Shown: positions 1 through 13,648 of the stretch, piece by piece
Position numbering within the stretch: position 1 is the stretch's first letter
Layout: each line of letters opens with the position of its first letter
Assembly (NCBI GenBank): GCA_013115125.1
Contig: JABANN010000297.1
Coordinates: 1 to 41,543, forward strand
Direction of reading: 5' to 3'
Length of the DNA: 41,543 nucleotides
Source: Perkinsus olseni
Lineage: Eukaryota
Position numbers and translations under genes: made by a program
Notes under the pieces: model-generated
Databases searched by the model: none
What the model was told of the DNA's origin: nothing
What the model saw: only the letters and a program-made list of their open reading frames with translations

Positions 1-289
1 AGGAGCTATTAGGCTCCCAGGTAGGCCCAGCAAACCTCACGTACCCCATTCCATTCCCCATTCCCCCTTAGGTCAATCTGCGTGAACTCAAGTCACGAGT
101 GGATCAGCTCGTCGGTTCGACCGCCGATGAGGTCCTCTTCGACCCTTCAATGGGGCCGGAGAAAACCCTCTCGTTGGGACCGTCAGACGAAGGAGGTCAT
201 CACCAACAGCCGCAGACACTGACAGCCCGAGGAATCCATGCTGTGCATCGATTCGCCGGTAGCCTGCGCTTCTAGGCATATCCTTTGCT

Positions 290-3200
290 GTGCGCTTTCT
301 GTCAGGCATCATTTTATCAGAGGCCTTGTCCACCATAGAGCTGGCGCTGTGGCGTCTACGAGTGTCACCGTCACAACAACCCCCCGCAAATTACCATGTC
401 GTGGTGGCAAAATTCTCCCCACTGGTCAACGGTATCAGCTGCTACTTAGTGCCCTGGCTAAAACAGCAACTGAAGTCCTCACCATGCGCCTTTCTACGCT
501 TCCTCGCTCCGCTGGACGCATCATCTCCGCCGGTCTTACTTCCATTAGCTCGAGACGAGATGCGGATCCTCAGCGCTCAGCTACACTCTACGGCATCGGA
601 GTTCTTCGGTTTCACGTATTGTGAGCTTGCACTGCAAGCAGGAGCCGGACAGCCTCGAAAAATTCTCCCAGTCAGCGGCAGGCTATCCGATCTACTGCCT
701 TCTCGAGGGAGGTCTCTTGTCCCTGCTGGTGGCTCATCATGGCTGTCGGCAGCCGAGCACCCACTCTACTACAGCTTCACTGTCGTTCCAGTGGCCTCGG
801 AGACCCTGTCCCCGGCCAAGCGACTCCAGTACGACCTGCTGCTCTCGGTAACATCACAGTGCCCTTGGGGAGAGCATAGAGAACCCTTCACAATGGACAC
901 CCGAAAGTGGATGATAGACATCCCCAGCTATGCGACCAGAAGGAGAGTTACTCGAATAGCCTTGCCGATGGACGTCATGGACGATCGTCTAACCGAGATG
1001 GACAGGGACATCGGTGATGTGCAAGATGGACCGGTCGAGGCCCCTGAGGACCCCCAGCGTGGCAGACCGTCGCTCTACTTCCACATGCTCAGGCCAGGAC
1101 CCGGAGTGGTCACCGTGAGACTCACCAAGATAAGCTTCTTCCATTACGTTCAAAGCACGTGCGCATCTCGCCGTATGCCGGCTGTTAGACGCTGGGCGTT
1201 CCTGGCGTTGATGCTCCTAGGAGGAGGCAGTGGCTCCGGAACCCTCACCATTGCTGTGCTGAGTCGACTCCATGCTATAAGGCCCTTCTTTCCTGGTTAT
1301 GATAACTACATGGACTGTAGTGAGAGAGAAGAAGAGCGGCACCATCGAGTGCCCGTCGTTTGCCCTTGCGTCAGAGTGGCTGGTCTGCACAAGGTAACAA
1401 CCACCTCCTGGGTATTCCCCCTTTGCCGAGGTCCCACTGGTCTCAGGGGGTATGTCTTTTCGACAGCCATAGAGCCTCGCAGCCCCACAGAGTCCTCAGA
1501 CAGCCCACGCTTGGTGAACTAGGTAAAGTATTCATCCTGCCCACATCCTTCGTCCACGCCCCTACAGGCTCGCTATGGTGGTCTAAGGCTGAGGAGACCT
1601 CGATGGAACTCGCTCTGCTCACAGAGGACGTGTCGACCCGACTGTCAGATTTGAGAGATCTGGAGAGAAACGTGAGCCGTGGCGCTGCCGGCCTTATCGA
1701 CGCATCAATTCGTGAAGCTAGATACGCTTCGACCTCCCTCACACAGAACCTAGCATGGGGATTGCTGTTCTCTCCGCGGTGGGCAACAAGTTGCTCGATA
1801 CATGGTCCAGGGTGAAGGGCGCATGGGACGAGGTGAGACGGCAGGTTTGGTGTTCTTCCTCATTTCTCGTACACCTACGTATCAGGTGGATGATGATGAT
1901 GATGAGCTGGGGGAGGGAAGTGACTATGAAGGCTCCACCAACGATGAGGATGAGCGAGACGAAGAGTTGCTCGCCCCCGACCCGGAGTGGGGTACGGAGC
2001 TGGCCGATGGGCCCTTGGCCAACAAGAAGGAAGCAGAGTAGGCCCATCATTGTGCGGTTCTCTTCTTTGATACTACACCCGTCACACAAGGCAGCGAGAC
2101 GCTGGATGCCGGGGATGCTGTTTCACCCACTTGAATATGAAAGGTGCTGGATAATACTATTTTTCGTGCATAAGTATACTAGACTTGTATTACAAGTCCG
2201 CCTACCCTTGTTCAGGTTCATGTGGGACTTCATATCGCCATTGGCATCGTCGCAGCAGGAGCAGCTACCACCCGGATACGAGCCAGAGCCCGAGGAAGAG
2301 GTCGCCGATCATGAACGCCTGTTGCCTAAGCCAGACAGGGCAAGCGCTCGAGAAGGGGTAGCCGCCACGCTGCTGCTGTGCTCCCGATGGGGCTGACGAG
2401 CCATCCTTCCAGACGAGCACCTCCATGAGTGTTGGTGTATCATCATCGGCAGCAGCCATCGCCTCAGCAGCAGCGACCTCGTCATCAGTGGTGGCTGGGG
2501 CGACACCAATGGTACTACGCCTCGATGCCCCACTGTGGTATCGGTAGTACAGGTATACACCTACGGCCCCATGACACCTCCTAACAGCGTGTCGTATATC
2601 CCCATGTTTGAGTATAAGAATGGCAACATACTCATAGACCATTACCAGAAGGTAGTCCACTGCTCCCTAGCCATTGCTCTACTCCTGTTCAGATAACGGT
2701 AGCTCACCCTCCCTCGGTTTGGCACTGGGCTCCCCTCCCGACGCCAACTGTCCCCCAGTCCCCCATCGTCGGCCTTCCCGCAACAGCCGCAGCCAGCGCC
2801 CTACTTCAGGTCAGCATCAGCTAGGCCGTCGTTCATACAACTTTCGATTCTACAGGGTGGATTTGCCTTGGCCACGTCCCTATACGATCTGCAGCACAAG
2901 AGATGCTCCAAGAAAGATGTCTATCGCTGCGTGTTGGAAGCTGCCAGCAGAGGGTCGGCAGTCGGGGCCTGTTGTTGGACCCTTGCCAATGTTGCTGCGG
3001 TCACCAATGTGGCCGTCCTCTCTGGTGAGTACACTACTCCAACAGCCGGCGCTCAGCTCACCGCTAGGCACGGTCTCCCTCCTGTGGCTAGCCTTAAGAG
3101 CCCTTACCGTCCACTCTCGAGAGCAGCTCTTGTCTGATGCTTGCGTGACCTTGAGCGGGACGGCAGCTGCTGTTGCTGGTGTGTCCAACCGCTCTCCGAG

Positions 3201-4288
3201 TACTACGGCGGGCTGACGCTCATCTTAGGTTTCCTCCTCTCGACGAGTCTCCTGCCTTCCTCTGCTCTGCTAGCTGTCATTGCTTCTGTATTCAGCAGTG
3301 GTATTGGAAGTACCATAGGAGCCGATCTCTACGCTACGATTCGGAGGTTGCTTTTGAACTACCTCCTATAGGTGCTGATGATGATGCTCTTTGCAGATGG
3401 CGACAGGCGGGGAGCAAACAACGCCTGGTTCGTCTCGCAAGGATGATGCTTGGACTGCCTCGTGATGGTTCAGCGGATGAGAAGGCAAAACTCGAGGATG
3501 TCTGAAGTCCCAGCCAGACGCTGCCCCCTTCCCTCTAGGTCGATTCGCGATGGCGTTTTGTCGCTGGTATGGTTCACCCGGACAGACGAAGTGGTGGCGG
3601 AGGCGAGGAGATCTCCAACGAGGATAGGAAGCTTTTCGAGTTGTTCATGCTCTGCAGAGAGGTTGGACCGTCACACGTTGCCACCACTACCCTTGCAGTC
3701 TGTTGGCGTCGTAGAAGGCGTTAGCGGTTAAATAATGTTTCGTGCCCAGTGCGTATTCCCCAGGTGGGGACGACGCTTCATTTCCGCTCGCCCTAGAATA
3801 GATACGAAACTGTTGATTATGATGTCCACGATGAGGACCGGCGTAGAGATTTGTGCGAAGCCTCCTTGCTCAGATCGTGAAGCTTGCTCTGGAGGAGAGG
3901 CACGCGAAGGGCGGTAAGCAGTATGATACGGGCCAGGCAGGCGGGGTAAGCCGCGGTATTTATGAGAGCTGCTCGCCATCCCCGCTCCCAGGCTCCACTT
4001 TATCTTGAGGATGCACCATCCACACTGGATGATAACCCAACAGTCGTCGATGAGCCGCTGACGTCGATCGAGACGGTCGTTGGTGCAGTACAGGTGAGAA
4101 GGCCGGCGAACAACCCGTTTGCTTTGGACGGCTCGGCCGTGTGTTAGCGATTCGCGTACATGGCGATCGTCGAGCCCCAACTGCAGCATCAACGGCAAGT
4201 TGAATCAGAGCTGCGTAGAGCCGTACCCGATGGTGGGGTGGTGCCACGGCATGAAGTCGATGATCGCTTAGGAGAAGTTCTTGATTGA
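290..4288 (+). CDS. Hypothetical multi-exon protein(s), with acidic low-complexity stretches and a Gly/Ala/Ser-rich hydrophobic segment
   Basis: Plus-strand ORF pieces 290-1522, 1570-2040 (acidic DDDDDELGEG...), 2215-2530, 2868-3027, 3200-3345 (hydrophobic GLTLILGFLLSTSLL...) and 4000-4288 are separated by apparent GT...AG introns. No family was recognised, and it may be more than one gene. Confidence 0.35.
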
Positions 4289-4721
4289 TCTACCCTCTGT
4301 CGAATTTATGTTCGTGTAATCTTTAGTTGAATTTATGGAGACATGCCCTTAAATGCTCTGCGTTGTTGCTCAATGGGGACCGCTAGTCCGTCTCATGGGG
4401 CTCACACGGCGAGTAGTTCCCCTAGCCACCGGCTTGTGCAGCGTTTCTTACGCGGCCTCCTGTAATGGACGCCAATCGTGAGGTTGCCTTGGAGCCAGGT
4501 CCGAGAGAGTAAGTGGGTAACCATTCGGCGAGAATCTTACCCTGCTCGAACGCACCTTTCATGCTCTCTTCCGCTTGCTCTTGCGATTCTAGTGTGCACG
4601 AGTAATGTTACTTGAACGACGTAAAACTTCGCTCCTAGGCCTAGTCCGCAGTAATCAGTTTCGTTGTTTTACTAGATTCAGACACCCGTCCTGTACCGAT
4701 CTGCGTCACCTCTTCCTCAGA

Positions 4722-5319
4722 ATGGCGGGTTACGGTTCTAGCGCATGGTAAGAGGACAGCTGGAACGATTTATGCTATTCCGTACCTGTCTTGCCCCAGG
4801 TACATGTACCCCATTACGTAATACCGTGGTACGGCGGAGTCCTCAAGTTTGCGCGGGACTTTCTTCAGACCTATCTAATCCTAAGGCTCCTGAGTGATTT
4901 CTTGATACAGATGTGAGCCACAGTGTATGCCGTAGTCTGATAGACCTCTTCACGCTGCTTGGGACCGTCTCTGTTCCGTCATTGGCTGCACGAATCGTGC
5001 AGCACGATCCCGGAATTGTGTGGGGGGTTTTTCCATAGATTCCTGCGTATAGCTGTGATAAATGCCATGAAGGCCCTCGGAAAGCTGCGACTAAGGCTGA
5101 GAAAGGGGAAACGCAGAAGGAGAGGGAAGCACAGAAGAAAGCAGAAAAGGTGGGGGTCACATCATGTTAGATAAACTTGGGATCTGTTTCGGGGCACGAT
5201 GGTTGCTTAGACGCAAACTTGGACAGAAGCGGGTGGACAGAACCGCCACGAGGCTCAAGTCACTACGAGTATTACCTTACCAGAAGATCGCTTCCGTGCG
5301 ACGTACGGAAGTCGAGTAA
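4722..5319 (+). CDS. Small hypothetical multi-exon protein (CDKC motif, Lys/Glu-rich tail)
   Basis: Pyrimidine tract-AG-ATG at about 4711-4724 (MAGYGSSAW, then a gtaag donor). An exon CDKCHEGPRKAATKAEKGETQKEREAQKKAEK at about 5053-5149 ends in a GT donor. The internal structure is not resolved. Confidence 0.25.
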
Positions 5320-5360
5320 GTGTTCTTGATTCGACCTCGGCGAGTCAATCAGCAATACCT

Positions 5361-6420
5361 TCAAGCCGCTCGCCTCTTCTCAGCTGCAGCATCTGTCTGG
5401 CTCCGTTCAACGCCGCTGACAACTGCCGTATCCTCCCCTGTCATCACATATTTCATAAGGAATGCATCGACAGTAGGCAGCACCGTCACAGTCGAACTGC
5501 GGCTGATGTATCGTTTACAGGATGGCTGAAAGAGAGGTCGGATATCTGCCCTCTGTGTACCCGTCCGGCCATACACCCCAAGCCAAATCGTTGCAGCTGT
5601 TGTGGAAGGATGTGTTAATTACTGCATGGACTGATTGCCGATTCTGCCCGTCTCAGAGGCTTTCATTATTCTTGGAATTTTGTGTTCGTATCATAGTTTG
5701 ACCCGACTTTTGATGGACAATTCTAGGATGGTGAGAGTTTTCGACTGAAACACTGAGCAAATAATGAGAAGTTTTGTGTCGTAGCTTCAACAGCCGACTC
5801 GGCATGGAGGTTGCTTCGCGCAATATCTAATTTTGAGTAGCAAGCTCACTCTGAGTAGCTCCGATAAACGGTCGTAGGCCATCCTTACTGTGCTCAACTC
5901 AGCAATATCAACGATGAATATCAATAACGCAGTGGGCATGAATGAAGAGTCCTAATGTGTCCAAACCTTTCCTCCATGTTCGCGTATTAATACTATAGCC
6001 TTCCCACTCAGGAAATCATCCGTACGACGCCTCCAACCCTTCGGGAAGATTTAACTGAATGTCAGTGATCAGCTGTACACTCTGCAGTAGATCTGATTGA
6101 TGGACCGCTGATTCTGCCATTAATACGCGAGTCGCCGTATAAGATCTTTCCCGCCTTCCCATCTTCTTCCCTGGCATCGGACACGCAAGATCTGTTCGAC
6201 GGTAGCTGAACGCGGAAGCTGCTGCCGACTATGAACCTCACCATGCAAGTTGGCTTTACAACTTGGTTTTTTCCTTGTTATCAAGACAAAGGCAAATACC
6301 TCAGGACTCTTGAGTCAAGAGGGCGAAGCCTGAGCATTCTCACAGTTTCCGGTGTGAATGGGAGAGAGATAATCTGGTCCGGCACGACTCAACTCGACAT
6401 CATCTTCGACCAAAATGAAC
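5361..6420 (-). CDS. Hypothetical multi-exon protein
   Basis: Minus-strand ORF fragments at 5361-5576 and 6062-6244 with intervening putative introns. No homology was recognised. Confidence 0.2.
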
Positions 6421-6427
6421 ATCATAA

Positions 6428-7427
6428 TCAAGATGGGTAATCAGTTACCGAGGTGCTCTTCACAGGCCATCCATTTTCGTGCATTAGACGTAAAACTGAA
6501 TCCATCTTGTGGCTGAGGAACTCGCTAATCCAGTCTCTCGAGGCCCTTTGGCCCTTTGGGGGATTCGACGCGATGAATGCGATCAGCTCGGAGCACTTCC
6601 TTTCCGTCATACCCGATCCGAGTTTCGCTTCCACCATGTTGTACAGATTGCTAGGGAAAGGAATGATACCAGCGAATACTCTCTTGATCTCCTCGGGGGG
6701 CCCTTCGGCTCCTGTACGAAAACTAGAGGTCTGGTATATGATCGACATCTTGCTCCCGCTTCCATCCCTGACAACGACATTTGCTTTCGGAGCGGACGAT
6801 CGCTAGCTGTTCATAGTAGCTGCTTATGAGTATCACCATTTGAATATGATTGTATTATTGGACTCTCCTTCCCACCAAACGGTATAATAACCGGCATCTA
6901 CGAACACCAGGAAGGAGTTGCTTGGATAGTTAGCTTGGCATGTTGTGTGATCCGCGTCTATCTGGGGGAATCATAATCAAGCTCTCGTCACGATGAGTGT
7001 GAGGAAAACTTACGTTTCGGGTAAAAACGTTCAACCGATCCACTTGGTTACTCAAGTTGCCTACAGTGCTGCCGAGCTTGGACACTTCAGCGTTGAGCTC
7101 AGCCATGCCGTCGCTCACTCGCGCCTCCATCTTTCTACTCAACTCGCTCAGTTGAACCTCTATTCTATTGCTCAGTTTGGTCAGCTCAGCCTGTATTATC
7201 TTGCTTATCGCGGACTTTTGAAGCCTCATCTTGTTCTCCATTGCTGATTGCGGGACCCTTAGCTTCTTATTCATGATGGATTGTTGGGATTCCATCCTCT
7301 GGTTCAGCCCAGATTGTTGAGCCTCAATCTTATCGTTCAGCTCGAACACTTGAGCCTCTATCGTCCCGCCCAGCTTGGAAAAGAGGGTCCCCAAGCTATC
7401 CGGCCGATCTGTCTCAGAGTCGGCCAC
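6428..7427 (-). CDS. Hypothetical coiled-coil protein
   Basis: ORF 6930-7427 has a clear heptad / 11-residue periodic coiled coil (LNDKIEAQQSGLNQRMESQQSIMNKKL...LSNRIEVQLSELSRKMEARVS). ORF 6428-6800 is a plausible globular C-terminal exon. Confidence 0.5.
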
Positions 7428-7504
7428 CTAAAAGAGGTGGAACAATCAGCGGTAACTCCACGCGATCACAAGTTTTCAGGAGTACCCTCCGTCGCTTGCG
7501 GCTA

Positions 7505-8720
7505 CTAGACAATCCAGTAGCCTGAAGAGCGATCATCGATCGCATGGCTAGGGTCATTAATAGGACGGAATGAGCGAAGGCAAGCATCACACTGTAGGGG
7601 ACAGTCCGTGAAGACAAAGACACTAGTCCCATGAGCAGGAGTGCCTTTCCTGCGATGTTCCGTTGGGAGGGTCCCGCCCACACGAAAGCGGTCTTCGCAG
7701 TTCACAAGCATACTGGACCGCCACTAGGACCGAGTGTAAAAAGATAAGACTACCCGAAGGTGGGGCCTCATTTCATTCAAATTCTATCTAAAATACCTGC
7801 TCAGAAAAAGAGAAGGCAGTGACATTAGGAGAGATGTAGAGGGGATGAGGCCGCGGGAGCAACGGCGAGAGATAACTGGATGATGCGAATTCGTTGACCA
7901 ACATATAACAGCCACTCGGCTCTGGTGGGTTGGGTGAGTCAGCCTGGGCCAATCTCTATCTCTGTTGCGGTCAACAGCGATGAAGCCATTGGTGGCCATC
8001 ATCTCGACGTATGCCCTCGGAGACGTGTCCAATATTGAACAAAACAGAGGATTGAACACGGTGTTCTCGTTTGACCGTAAAGCTACGCCTGGGATCGCTT
8101 CGATGAGCATATTCTTGATTCCAGAATGTGGAATCCGGAATACGGGACCCAGAGGTGCTGTGAATGGCCGAGTGATGGATGCCCATTTCCTTTCGTCCTC
8201 GAACGCCCTAGACACACGAGACTTGTGCACCGCCAGCGCGGTAAGAGAGCCTGGCTCCAATAGGGGCAACCAGTCTCCTGCCATTCCGCTCATAGCACGG
8301 AATTCCGCCTGCCCCGTGCCACAAGCGCGCGTCGTGAAAAAGACCGATGAACGTTGGAGCTCACAGTCTCCCACTATTGTGGCGGCATTATCTCGCCCTT
8401 GTACAAGTTCTGTTTGGAACTGTGTAGTGGTGAAAAAGAGGTTTATAGGAGACTGTCTCGATGCGACCACCGGGTCGTACCTGGCAACGATCTTGTCGAG
8501 CATACGAGGGAAGGGAATGATCTCAGAGGATGCTTTTCAGATGCCCCCTTGACCTTTCTTTGAGTTTGGCGTCAACGTATGGAATGCTCATCATCCTGGA
8601 TTGAACGCCAGATTAAGAGGCTCTTGACAAGCGGTGCAGGGAGTGTGGCTTTGCACGTTGTGTTATTTGTCCGGTCGCAGTATGACCGTAGGACCGGTCG
8701 ACTAATGATGGCCTTGACAT
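7505..8720 (-). CDS. Hypothetical protein (it may be the 5' part of the coiled-coil gene)
   Basis: A 239-aa open frame at 7784-8503 with protein-like composition, plus a smaller exon near 7505-7720. No family was recognised. Confidence 0.35.
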
Positions 8721-9043
8721 CATTGAGGCTTTCAGTCCATCTGGGTTAATCTGCTCTACTCCCATCTACATTGCAGCCGATGGTACTAGGAGGGAAAGAG
8801 CACCCGCAGGGAGGGGCCACGCAGAGTCCCTGTGCTCAGCATCGTGGGAAACCAATTCGACAATTATGTGCCCGAACCGAAGAGATTCCGGGATCTCGAC
8901 GTATCTCTTAACAGGATGATCAGCGACTCGAGTTAACGAAACAGAGGCTCATGTCATGAAATCTTTCAGTTGTACGTGGTGATGGTCCATCTAATGTACG
9001 CTCGACACTGAGGGCTGCTCGAACCCAGTCGGGGGGCCGCTCG

Positions 9044-10980
9044 TCATCCGCTGAGCTGGTTGGACTCATCACACGCACAGAGTGTCTCCCACCAGGCCGT
9101 GCCTAAAAAGGTGTGAAGTCGCGCAATGTCCTTCAGCCCTACACTCATCCAGAGGTGCCGCACTGTAAACTGTGTTCGTATCGTCAACAGCAGCCGACCG
9201 TGCCGCGGAGTCGCTAATGTCTTCGTCAGTATCGAGTGAGCCCTCGAACCTGTCACCGAGTAGCAGTCGTTCCTCTCGACCCGACGCAGCACCCCACCGG
9301 CACAGTAAGCACGGCAGAATCTGTGGAGGTCCGCCCTTCCCCTTGCTACTCCTCCGGGAGTCCGAGCTCTGCTGATACCTACCCAGCAGCGCATCCAGCC
9401 TGCGTCTAGGGCACGCTAGAGCCTCACAGTGCTATCAGCTCTTTCACACATAAGATGTCGTCTTCTATTCCGCTTATTTCTTGCTCACAGCTGGATCCGC
9501 TCCGCTGGCCCATAGACCTAGCGCTGCTGGTGGCGGATCCTGTCAGCAGTCCCGCGCCTTGTTCTGTATCAGTGGGGAATGTTGTTCGGAGTCCCAACCT
9601 AGCGACAAAATATCTTCGCCACATCATTGGGCAACAATCTTAGTGGAGAGTAGTGGAGACACGATGACACAATTTGCCATTGTGCCAAGAGCTCAATATG
9701 CCAGAACGCATAATAGGTTGCCAATAGGTTCGAGACCGGTATCCGGAGCCGATCCCGGCAGTGATTGGGACAGTTGTTCCGTGGCGCCGAGCGCGACAGT
9801 AATACTTTGTGCAGCACGCGTGCACAAAGCGTTTCGTCTTCTAGCGTTTCGCTAGAAACCGTTTCATCATTACTCACTAATCACTTACCATACTTGTACT
9901 TTCTTAAGTTTTCCTAATTACTATGTCCTCCAGTAATTCTCAGTCTGCGTTGCGTTCGACTATCTTGCTCCCTCCTGAGATCGGACTGATGACCAGGCCC
10001 CCACTACCTCTCCATGAGAGGGTCCTCCTTAGGCCTCGAGAGGTGCTTCACCTGAGGCAACGCCACACTTACCACCTTGAAGGTGGCACCTTCCCATCCC
10101 CCCTAAACCCCACAGTTTACCTTCCTCTTCCACTTCATCAACTCCTTGCATTTAGACAGCTGTTCATAAGCCGCCGTGAGCTGCCTTTTGTCAAAGAGGA
10201 GAACTGCTCGCTCGTACGAGTACTTTACAGAATGTGGACACCGATCCACATTTTCTTGCGTTTCCTGCAGACGGCGGCCAAGAGTGGTGTTGGCTTCCAT
10301 TCCTGACCAACCTGGTCCTTCTCTTTGAAAGAGGCTGAGACGATCTCTATTGCATGCATGTTATGGAGTGCACAACCAAGAGGCAGTCCGTACTTCTCCA
10401 AGAGCTCCCCTGCGAGGTAGCTCTCAGACAACGCCAGTGAGGCCTTGCCGGCATCCCAATACCTACCACCAAGTCAGTGTTGATTCTGACTAAGTTTAAC
10501 GCCCGAGTCGTTATGTCTACCGTATCGCCAGATTGAAGTGGCCAATTATCTTTCTGAGTGGTATGGCCACACGATCAGGCCCTTGAACACGAGTCTCAGC
10601 CTCGCGGAGTTTAGCCGACACCTCCTCATCGCGAGGTCTAATACGGAAACACTCACGCCATTCAAAGACCTGATCAGACCCCAGCGGGCTCGCGATGCTG
10701 CCATCGAGATGGAGTCCTCACAGCGAGGCGCCATTCGCTATTCTTTTCATGCGCCAAGGCAGCCTCTTTGTGGTTCAAGAAGCGGGTATAGGCCGATGGG
10801 TGAGTTGATGTCGCTGTTGTTGATACTGCTGCATTTACACTTGACATGAACTGCAATGGCATGGCGAGTAGTTTGGGGGAACGGGGCGAATACTCGGCCC
10901 TTTCAATGAAGGTAAACACGCTTCAGAAGGTGACCCCCGCCTCCCTTCGGTGGACGCAAGGCCAGCTTCTCGATTGACAT
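9044..10980 (-). CDS. Hypothetical multi-exon protein
   Basis: The ATG at 10980 follows AG plus a T-tract (MSIEKLALRPPK...). Exon-like fragments lie at 10225-10431, 9599-9877, 9424-9627 and 9044-9394. Confidence 0.3.
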
Positions 10981-10996
10981 GAAAAAAACTCGCGAC

Positions 10997-11889
10997 TTAT
11001 AGAGATGATAGCTGAGTTTCGTGAGGCGTACGCTGATTTATAGTTCTCGCGATCGCCGATATCTCCCTGAGCAGGCCAGACTCCGCCGTGTGTTGTTGCC
11101 GATATCAGCTCACTTGAATCTAGGGTGATCCTTCGTACGCATCATATCGAACAGGATGCTCTCGCTTGTCGTCATGACCGCCCCGGCGCGCGAGAGACGT
11201 TCAAATGCTGCCGACCTGTCCAGCAAGCGGCTCGCCGATACACCGTCTGTGACCAGGAACCTGCATGCAGCGAGTAGCCGTCCAGGACAGGCGACGGCGA
11301 GCCTACAGAGTGGCATCTGGACGCTCTGTGAGGATGTCCAGGGCAGTTTGCATGATACAGACATGAGCCTCGATGCCGCAGAGGATGAACTGATCTCGAC
11401 TGAGGAAAAGAACGGTCGTCGTAACGGCGGTTCGGCTGGTGATACAACAGCTCACCCTCGGCAATGAGTATCCAGGTGGGCCCTAACCTCCTCGGTCATC
11501 ATTGTGAAGGGCTTCTTGGCAAATACGGGGCACCCCTTGATATCCAGCGACGCCACCGACCCGCCGAGCTTCTCGGGGTACTGCTCTGAGAGGTCATTCA
11601 TGCCAAACGAGAAGGGCCAGCAGGTGTGCATCTCCACACGTGACTAATGTGAAGCAAAACCACACCCTGCTCACCTGTGACCACCACAGGGAATCCGAGC
11701 ACTCTAGAGGCTCCAATGAGCGTATTAGCGGTTTCAACGATGTGCGGCTGAGCAGGAGAAACTACTGATTCAAGTGGCGCCCAGTGTACCAACCATTCTC
11801 TGGATCGTCTTGGCGAATGCATCCTGCAGATCACATACCAACAACACGGCCTTCTCGGCAGAGGCGCGGGTTAGGATTTTACCAGCCAT
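10997..11889 (-). CDS. Isochorismatase domain-containing protein (ISOC1/2-like cysteine hydrolase), copy 1
   Basis: Spliced translation: MAGKILTRASAEKAVLLVCDLQDAF...VVVT/EQYPEKLG...FAKKPFTM...GIEAHVCIMQTALDIL...FLVTDGVSASRLLDRSAAFERLSRAGAVMTTSESILFDMMRTKDHPRFK/EISAIARTINQRTPHETQLSSL*. The D-K-C catalytic residues are present. Confidence 0.9.
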
Positions 11890-12066
11890 CCGATAATGAT
11901 ACGGATACCAATCAACTGCCCAACTACGAAACCTCCACACGCCACATAACGACTTCACGAATGCCCATAAGAGGATTGAGAGACAACGCGAGAACCACAC
12001 AATCGGAGAAACCATAGTCCAAAAAAGGAGTGAGAATTCTGACTACAGACGCCGCCCAAACCGCCA

Positions 12067-13127
12067 TTATAGTCCTTGTAGTTGCTCTTCACGGGGCGTC
12101 CGTGTGTTGATCGTCCGCACGACAGCGGAGAGCTCTCTGACGGAGCAGAAGGGTCATCAAGTATCGGATTGAGTTAGTCGCCGGCGCTCCTTCGAATAAG
12201 CTCACTTGAAATTGGGATGGTCCTTGGTCCGCATCATATCGAAGATGAGGCTCTCGCTAGTGGTCAACACTGCACCCGCAGCAGAGAGTCGATGCAGAGC
12301 CGTCGAGCGGTCCAGCAGGCGACTCGACGATATACCGTCAGTCACCAAGAACCTTGAACAATATAAACGGCAATGACCCATCCATTAGCGAAGTTGGGAA
12401 GAAACGGACAGTGGCATCGCACTACTGGGTCCTACACGGTAGACTGGGGATGCCTGGTTAGGATGTCGAGCGTTGTCTGTGTTATGCATATATGGGACTC
12501 AATGCCCATGAGAATGTATTGGTCTCGACTGAGGAGAGAAACCAAGATGAGACAGAAGAGTACTCCGTGGGGAAATTAATTGAGGGACTCGCAGCTCAAT
12601 AATAATTACTCTGAGCATTCCTTGTTTAGGTACTCTACGACATCATCAGTCATCATACTGAAGGAATGTTTACTGAACACTCGACAGTGAGATGTGTCCA
12701 ACTCGGGCAGAGTGTGGCCTAGCTTCTCGGGGTACTGCTCTGAATAAAAGTCGAATTGGTGAGAGTCGTGATAGCTCACGACATCGTAGCCGAGACGCTG
12801 CCAGCCGCACTTCTGCTCCAGTCTACTGGCATACCTCCCACGCAGTCCCCCCCTTCCTACCAGTAACAACTCCTGGGATATTCAGAATTCTTCCAGCACT
12901 GAGCAGGGTGTTGGCGGTCTCCACTACATGAGGCTGATCGAGACACAACATGCTACTGATCCTACCTCTACGTGACTGGGCCTTACCATTTTCTGTATAG
13001 TCTTGGCGAACACTGGCTGCATATCGCACATCATCAACACCGACTTAGCGGCACAAGCTCTGATCATGTTCCTTGATGCAACGCCAGCGGCTGCTGCTGC
13101 TGCTGCTGCTGCTGCTGGGAAAGCCAT
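12067..13127 (-). CDS. Isochorismatase domain-containing protein, copy 2 (poly-Ala N-terminus)
   Basis: MAFPAAAAAAAAAAGVASRNMIRACAAKSVLMMCDMQPVFAK...EQYPEKLGHTLPELD...FSKHSFSM...GIESHICITQTTLDIL...TTSESLIFDMMRTKDHPNFK/ELSAVVRTINTRTPREEQLQGL*. The intron layout matches copy 1. Confidence 0.9.
13089..13116. repeat. (GCT/GCA)n trinucleotide microsatellite encoding poly-Ala
   Basis: About 9 tandem gct units lie inside the first exon of ISOC copy 2. Confidence 0.85.
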
Positions 13128-13648
13128 TCGTCGAGATGGAAAGGATAGGCAGAAAAAAATGAGGAAAATTGAAGGATACTAAAAAGGATGACAAGCCCGG
13201 TGGAGGGAGAGTCCGGGCACGTTCCGTACGATAAAGATGATGCGGAGCCCAGCCCAGTGTGTACTCAACGCAAGTCCCAAGATCTCCTACATGAAGCCAT
13301 GAACAAAAATAGATATCTCGCTCGATCAGCTACTCTGCCAACCGCAGGGAAGGTGTCCTATGCATGCCTCAGAATCCTAGGCAGGCGAGAATCACTCATT
13401 CGCAACTGTACGATTGAGCGAGACGCCTTCAGGAGACGGAGAAGAACAAAAAATACCGAGTTGAAGTGAAAGGATACCGCGTACTTTAACCAGATGATAG
13501 TCGACTTATTCCACAAATACTGAATGACTAAGCCAAGTGATGGGCAGTTAGTACTTAAAATGTAACAAGTGAATAACATGATGATGATGAGGGAAAGAGG
13601 ATACCACTGATTGGTGACGGTCAACTGGCAAGTATAGTAGACGAAACA

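Noticed and set aside
1-11000. A transposon or endogenous virus in the hypothetical-rich left arm
   Set aside because: I found no RT, integrase, transposase or capsid motifs and no terminal repeats. The fragments look like spliced host exons.
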